Shown: positions 59,455 to 64,000 of the stretch, in pieces
Numbering within the stretch: the first letter of the stretch is position 1
How the letters are laid out: each line of letters starts with the position of its first letter
IMG/VR virus record: IMGVR_UViG_3300022305_000326
Span: 36,741 to 100,740 of that record
DNA length: 64,000 nt
Reading direction: 5' to 3' (one strand)
Origin: a virus
Lineage: Duplodnaviria; Caudoviricetes
Position numbers and translations under genes: made by a program
Notes under the pieces: model-generated
The model's database searches: none
What the model was told of the DNA's origin: nothing
Seen by the model: the letters and a program-made list of their open reading frames with translations, nothing else

Positions 59455-59472
59455 GGCTGTGTTGTAGAGTTA

Positions 59473-59549
59473 GGGCGTGTAGCTCAATTGGTCAGAGCAC
59501 GAAACTCATAATTTCTTGGTTGTCAGTTCAAGTCTGACCGCGCCCACCA
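59473..59549 (+). tRNA. tRNA-CAU (probably Ile2/lysidine type; Met possible)
   Basis: Cloverleaf, loop CTCATAA, encoded CCA. Confidence 0.85.
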
Positions 59550-59554
59550 CTAAT

Positions 59555-59782
59555 ATGTTATCCAGAGATTTAATTATGAAAGAACTGTTTGACGCTGAAG
59601 GTAACTACACCAAGCTCGCCTTATCTTTCGAGCTTCGTCTCCGGGACACTCCAATACTCGATCTTATTGCATATGCAAGAGAACAGTGTTATGATATGCG
59701 TCATGCAGAATACATCATCACTTCGGCTATTCAGGAATCGTTTCTCATCGAACGCCTTAAACACCGAAGTTCTACAAATTAA
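59555..59782 (+). CDS. Hypothetical protein
   Basis: ORF trimmed to start after the tRNA. Confidence 0.45.
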   Translation: MLSRDLIMKELFDAEGNYTKLALSFELRLRDTPILDLIAYAREQCYDMRHAEYIITSAIQESFLIERLKHRSSTN

Positions 59783-59784
59783 AA

Positions 59785-59858
59785 GGCTTTATAGCTCAAC
59801 GGTAGAGCAGTCATCTCTAAAATGATCAGTCAGGGTTCAAATCCCTGTGAAGCCACCA
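59785..59858 (+). tRNA. Amber suppressor tRNA (anticodon CUA)
   Basis: GGCTTTA/TGAAGCC acceptor, GCTC/GAGC D-stem, GTCAT-CTCTAAA-ATGAT anticodon arm, CAGGG-TTCAAAT-CCCTG T-arm, CCA. Confidence 0.85.
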
Positions 59859-59882
59859 GTTTCAAATATGTATGAGGTTTAT

Positions 59883-60068
59883 ATGGAATATATTCTAGTT
59901 TTATTTTTGTATGTCGGGATTTTTGGCGACAGTGATTCTGTCACAGTCACAAATATTCCCGGATTCCATTCAAAGGAATCGTGTATGCAGGCCGGAAAAC
60001 TTGCTGCTCCATTGGTTGCAAATACTAAGAAGGAATTGAGTTTTGTTTGCCTTCCACGAGGTAATTAA
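59883..60068 (+). CDS. Small secreted/membrane protein with a Cys pair
   Basis: GAGG RBS, hydrophobic N-terminus, F.SKE.C...C. Confidence 0.5.
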   Translation: MEYILVLFLYVGIFGDSDSVTVTNIPGFHSKESCMQAGKLAAPLVANTKKELSFVCLPRGN

Positions 60069-60523
60069 TGTTAATTAAACAAAATGCAGTGAGACATGTT
60101 CCGACTGGCGAGATTATCGTTTCTCGTCATCGACATGATTATGCAACATCTAAGGATGGTAAGTATTTTCTGGATGGCGGTACGGATTACACCAGAACCA
60201 ATATTCCTCGTGAAAATAGGGATTGGGAATGGTTGACAATCAACAGCCAGTATGATACGATTGTTGAAATGAAGGAACGGTTTGTGTGGGGTAGTCGTGG
60301 TAAGAATGGTGATCAACCACTTACCTACAATCTGATGAAGGACTTGACAGAAGATCATCTACGTGCTATCATCACTCATATCATGGAAGTTCATGGTAAT
60401 GATGAAACGAAGTATATCAATGAGCCAGCTTATGTTATTGCCGATGCTATTCTTTGGGATAAATTTGTAGCAAAAACAGAAGCTTGCAGAGAATTGAGTA
60501 AAAATATCGAAGAAAGTGCTTGA
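60068..60523 (+). CDS. Conserved phage hypothetical protein
   Basis: S.HRHDY...DGG.DY.R and WG.RGK.GDQPL...HL.AI. Confidence 0.6.
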   Translation: MLIKQNAVRHVPTGEIIVSRHRHDYATSKDGKYFLDGGTDYTRTNIPRENRDWEWLTINSQYDTIVEMKERFVWGSRGKNGDQPLTYNLMKDLTEDHLRAIITHIMEVHGNDETKYINEPAYVIADAILWDKFVAKTEACRELSKNIEESA

Positions 60524-60561
60524 CACCGAGATAATCTTTACTATATACTGTACACACATTG

Positions 60562-60729
60562 ATGAAGAATAAAATGCTCAAAGAGTTACTTGATAAATTA
60601 GTTGGACAATTGCCGGGAGTTGATTCCTTGGCCAATTTTCCGGCATCTGTATTGAGTAATATAAAAGTTATTTTGTTGTCAACCGCAGTAGTAGTTTCAG
60701 TTGTTATAGTGTATAATCTAGTGACCTAA
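60562..60729 (+). CDS. Small protein with a C-terminal TM helix
   Basis: 55 aa ORF between a TTGACA promoter-like site (60520) and a terminator; below the track cutoff. Confidence 0.4.
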   Translation: MKNKMLKELLDKLVGQLPGVDSLANFPASVLSNIKVILLSTAVVVSVVIVYNLVT

Positions 60730-60749
60730 CTCTAATCTGTATTTTGAGA

Positions 60750-60784
60750 AGGCCACTAAGAGATAAAACTCTGGTGGCCTTTTT
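60750..60784 (+). terminator. Intrinsic terminator
   Basis: AGGCCAC...GTGGCCT followed by a T run. Confidence 0.7.
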
Positions 60785-60803
60785 AGTTTGAGAAGAAAGT
60801 TGT

Positions 60804-60832
60804 TGACAGATGCATTGTAGTGTGGTAGAATA
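60804..60832 (+). promoter_or_regulatory. Sigma70-type promoter driving the ncRNA/tRNA operon
   Basis: TTGACA-N17-TAGAAT with extended -10 TG. Confidence 0.75.
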
Positions 60833-60842
60833 GCTGAACAAG

Positions 60843-61192
60843 ATAAGAATAAAACGGGTAATGACCAAATCGTCTAAGTGCAATGCTTACCGAAGGTCAC
60901 TTACGGAACTTGACCATATGATGAATATGGTTACCGCGCTATGGGGAATACTTCCACTTTATGTGGACTCTCCGTGAAAGTATAGTTGCATGTTACCTCG
61001 AAACATGCTATATTGGACTGGGTTATAAGTTGACAGCCGATGAATATTAACTTATCGTGGAGTGCGACTGCCGGTGAAATTAAAAGCGCACAACGTTAAC
61101 ATGACCGGCTTAAGTTCGTAACATAAACCACTATCTTGCTCCATGCTTGAGCCAGTGGGTAACGGGGATTAGAGGTTCACCCGTATTTTTAT
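60843..61192 (+). ncRNA. Large structured RNA of unknown class (~340 nt)
   Basis: No ORF of 60 aa or more; end-closing stem ACGGGT/ACCCGT; at least six internal helices. Confidence 0.6.
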
Positions 61193-61194
61193 AA

Positions 61195-61255
61195 GGATGG
61201 TCTTCTAATCAAGAACGTTAATTCAATGCTGGTATAAACTCCAGCCCATCCACCA
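61195..61255 (+). ncRNA. Anticodon-less mini tRNA-like element
   Basis: GGATGG/CCATCC followed by ACCA; GCTGG/CCAGC T-like arm; TTCT/AGAA mini-stem. Confidence 0.6.
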
Positions 61256-61261
61256 AGTTTT

Positions 61262-61355
61262 GCCTGTATAGGTTAATGGTAGACCCCCGGCCTTATACCC
61301 CGGTTTAGCGCCAGATTAGCGCACAGTCTTGGTTCGATTCCAAGTACAGGCACCA
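61262..61355 (+). tRNA. tRNA-Ile(UAU) with a long variable arm
   Basis: GCCTGTA/TACAGGC, loop CTTATAC, GCGC/GCGC V-arm, CCA. Confidence 0.75.
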
Positions 61356-61393
61356 ATTACGTTTTTCGGTATCGCATAACCGTCCAGTTTATT

Positions 61394-61467
61394 CAGTCTG
61401 AGTTGTTACGGTAGCATCAAGGTTTTGGAAGCCTTGGGCGTGGGTTCGACTCCCACCAGACTGACCA
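61394..61467 (+). tRNA. tRNA-Pro(UGG), atypical D-arm
   Basis: CAGTCTG/CAGACTG, loop TTTGGAA, A73, CCA. Confidence 0.75.
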
Positions 61468-61473
61468 ATTAAT

Positions 61474-61550
61474 CCGAAATTAGCTCAGTCTGGTAGAGCA
61501 CTTGCTTTGGGAGCATGGGGTCGCACGTTCAAGTCGTGTATTTCGGACCA
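61474..61550 (+). tRNA. tRNA-Pro(UGG)
   Basis: Canonical cloverleaf, loop TTTGGGA. Confidence 0.9.
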
Positions 61551-61558
61551 GTTTCAAT

Positions 61559-61636
61559 GGTTGCGTGCCAGAGTGATCTAATGGCGTTGCCTGCAAAGCA
61601 AATGTATCGTTGGTTTGAATCCAACCGCAACCTCCA
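61559..61636 (+). tRNA. tRNA-Cys(GCA)
   Basis: Loop CTGCAAA, U73, CCA. Confidence 0.85.
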
Positions 61637-61654
61637 CTAATTAAAGGTATTAAA

Positions 61655-61924
61655 ATGACACCAGAACAATTTTGCTATTGGTTACAGGGAATGTTGGAAG
61701 TAGATTCACCAACAGTTCTCACACCTAATCAAGTGAAAGCGATTAAAGATCATTTGGGAACAGTGTTTAATAAAGTGACGCCGAAGTATCCATTCGCTCC
61801 TATTAATCCTATTCCGGTATGGCAAAATCCTCACATAACTCCGTTTGCCATACCACCGATGTTGTTTCCGAAATGTGAAACTCCGGTAGATTTTCCGGGA
61901 GCAGTACCCAAAACATATTGTTAA
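61655..61924 (+). CDS. Conserved phage hypothetical protein
   Basis: MTPEQFCYWLQG...IKDHL..VF.KVTP. Confidence 0.65.
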   Translation: MTPEQFCYWLQGMLEVDSPTVLTPNQVKAIKDHLGTVFNKVTPKYPFAPINPIPVWQNPHITPFAIPPMLFPKCETPVDFPGAVPKTYC

Positions 61925-61931
61925 GAATTAT

Positions 61932-62023
61932 AGAACGTTGACAGAGTTTGGTTTATTGTCGCACCCTGCTAAGGTGATGGTTCCGAAAGGGACACTAGGG
62001 TTCGAATCCCTAACGTTCTGCCA
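61932..62023 (+). tRNA. tRNA-Ser(GCU)
   Basis: Loop CTGCTAA, long V-arm, G73. Confidence 0.88.
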
Positions 62024-62101
62024 CGACTAGAGGAAAATGTTGGTTCGAATCCAACCACGTTCAGTAAGATCGTAGTCGTCTAAGGGAAAGGACATCTTCG
62101 T
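62023..62101 (+). ncRNA. Circularly permuted tRNA mimic (YrlA/Y-RNA-like architecture)
   Basis: Order is T-arm, loop-closed acceptor stem, D-arm, enclosed by a GAGGA/TCTTC stem. Confidence 0.65.
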
Positions 62102-62110
62102 TTTAAAAAT

Positions 62111-62200
62111 GGATAGGTGGACATTGGTACGTCGCACTGTCTTGAAAACAGCCGCCTTACGTGAGTAGGGTTGTCAGTTCAAATCTGGCCCTATCCGCCA
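62111..62200 (+). tRNA. tRNA-Ser(UGA)
   Basis: Loop CTTGAAA, long V-arm, G73. Confidence 0.88.
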
Positions 62201-62223
62201 CTATTATTAATTATGAGGATATT

Positions 62224-62544
62224 ATGACAGAAGAAACTAAGTACACCACCGAAGACGGTTATGAATATAGCTATGATACTTCAACTGGCACTCTCAAGTG
62301 CAGTTATGAGACATTTATCGAAGGTCTGACCGAAATTGAAGATGTTATCGAAGACCAGCGTCGTTGGATGACTATGTATCGCCGTGTAGTTTCTGTTAAT
62401 ATTGATGGTGTTGAACGATACTTTAGATTGTATTATGATATGGCTTCAACCGAAAATTCGGGCGATAATGAATATTCGTTCAGAGATATGATTGAAGCGA
62501 AGGAAGTGTTTAAGAAACAAATCCTAACTTATGTTTACGAATGA
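62224..62544 (+). CDS. Hypothetical protein
   Basis: GAGG RBS; start moved downstream of the tRNA. Confidence 0.55.
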   Translation: MTEETKYTTEDGYEYSYDTSTGTLKCSYETFIEGLTEIEDVIEDQRRWMTMYRRVVSVNIDGVERYFRLYYDMASTENSGDNEYSFRDMIEAKEVFKKQILTYVYE

Positions 62545-62549
62545 TTAAT

Positions 62550-62623
62550 ACGGTCGTCTTCCAATGGTAGGATCACGGACTCCAAACCCGTCAATGTCAG
62601 TTCGAATCTGACCGACCGTGCCA
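62550..62623 (+). tRNA. tRNA-Trp(CCA)
   Basis: Loop CTCCAAA, G73. Confidence 0.88.
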
Positions 62624-62635
62624 AATAGGTGATTT

Positions 62636-62764
62636 ATGACAGAAGAAGAAACCAGACAAGCTTTTAAACAAGCTTTTGAAATTTTAGACAGAATTGATAA
62701 AATGTTAACAGAAATTGAACTTCGATGTGAAGAACGAATGAGGTTGACAACGAACGCTTCATGA
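62636..62764 (+). CDS. Small hypothetical protein (42 aa)
   Basis: AGGTGA RBS; MTEEETRQAFKQ...; below the track cutoff. Confidence 0.4.
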   Translation: MTEEETRQAFKQAFEILDRIDKMLTEIELRCEERMRLTTNAS

Positions 62765-62772
62765 TGTATAAT
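62744..62772 (+). promoter_or_regulatory. Sigma70-type promoter
   Basis: TTGACA-N17-TATAAT. Confidence 0.75.
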
Positions 62773-62783
62773 AGATTCACGAC

Positions 62784-62860
62784 GCGCTGATAGCTCAACT
62801 GGATAGAGTCAACGGTTTCTACCCGTTAGGTTGGGGGTTCGAATCCCTCTCGGCGCACCA
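62784..62860 (+). tRNA. tRNA-Arg(UCU)
   Basis: AACGG-TTTCTAC-CCGTT, CCA. Confidence 0.88.
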
Positions 62861-62866
62861 ATATTT

Positions 62867-62950
62867 GCCTCTGTGGTGGAATGGTATACACAGAAGACTT
62901 AAAATCTTCCGCCTTCGGGCTTGTCGGTTCGAATCCGACCAGAGGTACCA
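62867..62950 (+). tRNA. tRNA-Leu(UAA)
   Basis: Loop CTTAAAA, V-arm, A73. Confidence 0.92.
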
Positions 62951-62974
62951 AGTTAGTTGTAAATAGTTTTAATT

Positions 62975-63049
62975 GGGGGTATAGTATAGTTGGAAAAATG
63001 GTTGCCTTGCACGCATCAGTCGCCAGTTCGATTCTGGCTACCTCCACCA
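62975..63049 (+). tRNA. tRNA-Ala(UGC)
   Basis: G3:U70, loop CTTGCAC. Confidence 0.88.
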
Positions 63050-63055
63050 TTTAAT

Positions 63056-63130
63056 GCGTCTATGATCTAGTGGCTATGATGACTCACTGTCGATGAGTAC
63101 GTCGGGGTTCGATTCCCCGTAGACGCGCCA
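63056..63130 (+). tRNA. tRNA-Asp(GUC)
   Basis: Loop CTGTCGA, G73. Confidence 0.85.
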
Positions 63131-63209
63131 TATTGTTACAAACGTTAGAGATTCCACGTTACGGGTCTGAAGGTTGACAGTTACTTCATTATGAACTGTC
63201 AAGAATTTT

Positions 63210-63285
63210 GCTAGAGTAATTCAATTGCGTAGAATGGTCCCCCGATTAGGGATTCATGTCGGTTCGAGTCCGGCCTCTAGTACCA
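63210..63285 (+). tRNA. tRNA-Ile(GAU), atypical (C33, U37)
   Basis: GTCCC-CCGATTA-GGGAT; good acceptor and T arms. Confidence 0.7.
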
Positions 63286-63294
63286 TTGTTATAT

Positions 63295-63368
63295 TGCAGG
63301 GAAGTGGATAAGACCCATGCGAGCCTCATAAGCTTGAGAACCGGAGCGTTACCGGCGACTGCTACTTT
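63295..63368 (+). tRNA. Degenerate initiator-like tRNA-CAU
   Basis: CGAGC-CTCATAA-GCTTG; 1:72 mismatch; atypical T-loop; no encoded CCA. Confidence 0.5.
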
Positions 63369-63371
63369 TAT

Positions 63372-63451
63372 ACCCTGATATACACTCTCGCTACGAACGA
63401 GTTGAAATGTTAATTGGATACATGCGGGTTCGACTCCTGCTCAGGGTACCA
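63372..63451 (+). tRNA. tRNA-Arg(ACG)-like, with no D-arm at the normal position
   Basis: ACCCTGA/TCAGGGT, CTCG-CTACGAA-CGAG, GCGGG-TTCGACT-CCTGC, ACCA. Confidence 0.65.
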
Positions 63452-63461
63452 AACAAAGTTG

Positions 63462-63490
63462 TTGACAAACTAACCCGATGATGATAGAAT
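63462..63490 (+). promoter_or_regulatory. Sigma70-type promoter
   Basis: TTGACA-N17-TAGAAT. Confidence 0.7.
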
Positions 63491-63517
63491 AGTCTCATCA
63501 AGTTTAGGAGAAGTTTC

Positions 63518-63748
63518 ATGGATTGTGCCGAAGTTGTTAGTCAAATGTCTGTTAAATATGGAAGTAGGCTTACAGAAACTCTCAACATTCTAATGAAACC
63601 AGAATGTTTGGAATGTGGATACCTCATGAATAAGGCAACGAAACACTACAGATGCAATGTTGTTGGATCATGTCCGGCAGCAACACTTTCGGATAGAATC
63701 ATAAATTCCATCAATGATGTTGTAACGTATAAAACCGTCCTTAGCTGA
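63518..63748 (+). CDS. Small Cys-rich (zinc-binding?) hypothetical protein
   Basis: AGGAG RBS; CLEC...C....SC; 3' end overlaps tRNA-Phe. Confidence 0.5.
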   Translation: MDCAEVVSQMSVKYGSRLTETLNILMKPECLECGYLMNKATKHYRCNVVGSCPAATLSDRIINSINDVVTYKTVLS

Positions 63749-63809
63749 GATAGATTAGCGCGATGTTGAAGCCATCGAGACACCTGTGCGATTCGGGTAG
63801 GGCGGACCA
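63735..63809 (+). tRNA. tRNA-Phe(GAA), atypical D and T loops
   Basis: CGATG-TTGAAGC-CATCG, CCA. Confidence 0.75.
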
Positions 63810-63831
63810 AATTAGTTTTAAATAGTTATAT

Positions 63832-63906
63832 GCACATGGGCGCAAATGGACAGCGGAGCGGCTTTCAACCGATTGCTAGTGGGTTCGATTCCCATCATGT
63901 GTACCA
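63832..63906 (+). tRNA. tRNA-Glu(UUC)
   Basis: Loop CTTTCAA, GCACATG/CATGTGT acceptor, CCA. Confidence 0.75.
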
Positions 63907-63913
63907 ATTTTAA

Positions 63914-63999
63914 GGGTAAGTATACCGTTAAGGAGACGGAGCAGTCTGTAAAACTGCGGCTTAAATGCTCGGTGGGATCGTTACCCACATTACCCACCA
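63914..63999 (+). tRNA. tRNA-Tyr(GUA)
   Basis: GCAGT-CTGTAAA-ACTGC, V-arm, A73; atypical T-loop. Confidence 0.8.
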
Positions 64000-64000
64000 A

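Noticed and set aside
60843-61192. RNase P RNA or tmRNA identity for the large RNA (AACATGACCGGCTTA resembles the RNase P 3' motif)
   Set aside because: There is no GAGGAAAGUCC 5' motif and ACCGGC pairs locally with GCCGGT; there is no Ala-type G3:U70 acceptor or recognisable tag frame
62826-63050. Minus-strand ORFs over the tRNA array (also 63818-64000)
   Set aside because: They are antisense translations of tRNA genes
63174-63202. TTGACAGTT/AACTGTCAA hairpin between tRNA-Asp and tRNA-Ile as a promoter or RNA gene
   Set aside because: No -10 box at a proper spacing and no other supporting structure
1-64000. Genome-wide TAG recoding implied by the suppressor tRNA
   Set aside because: Every recognisable gene, including the late structural genes, is intact in the standard code
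1-64000. CRISPR array, integrase or insertion sequence
   Set aside because: No regularly spaced repeats and no recombinase or transposase motifs were seen

Overview
This window is 64 kb of a large T4-like myovirus genome, almost all on the + strand. A spanin pair points to a Gram-negative host. From left to right it holds: the replisome (gp44, gp62, regA, gp43, uvsX, gp41, gp61), a compact ribonucleotide reductase (nrdB-nrdA) and phoH; the virion module (gp18, gp19, gp20, an inserted fibre/tailspike cassette, gp21, gp22, gp23, gp3); an inverted uvsW with uvsY and dexA; an early accessory region driven by sigma70-type promoters (RtcB, NADAR, Pth2, NadM-NUDIX, macrodomain, NAMPT, a 2OG-Fe(II) oxygenase, a nucleotidyltransferase, dTTP-pathway enzymes); rIIA and rIIB; and an array of about 19 tRNAs. 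The most notable observations are: (1) four tandem T7-gp0.7-like protein kinases behind the major capsid gene, each starting with a T4 internal-protein-like capsid-targeting peptide, so possibly packaged and injected; (2) a tandem GAUAGAC-loop hairpin leader shared by the two NAD-salvage genes; (3) unusual RNAs in the tRNA array: an amber suppressor, a circularly permuted Y-RNA-like tRNA mimic, a ~340-nt structured RNA followed by a 61-nt anticodon-less mini-tRNA, and a tRNA-Arg with a displaced D-arm; (4) early promoters whose -10 box lies inside a long inverted repeat. All calls come from motif recognition by eye; no database searches or folding programs were run.
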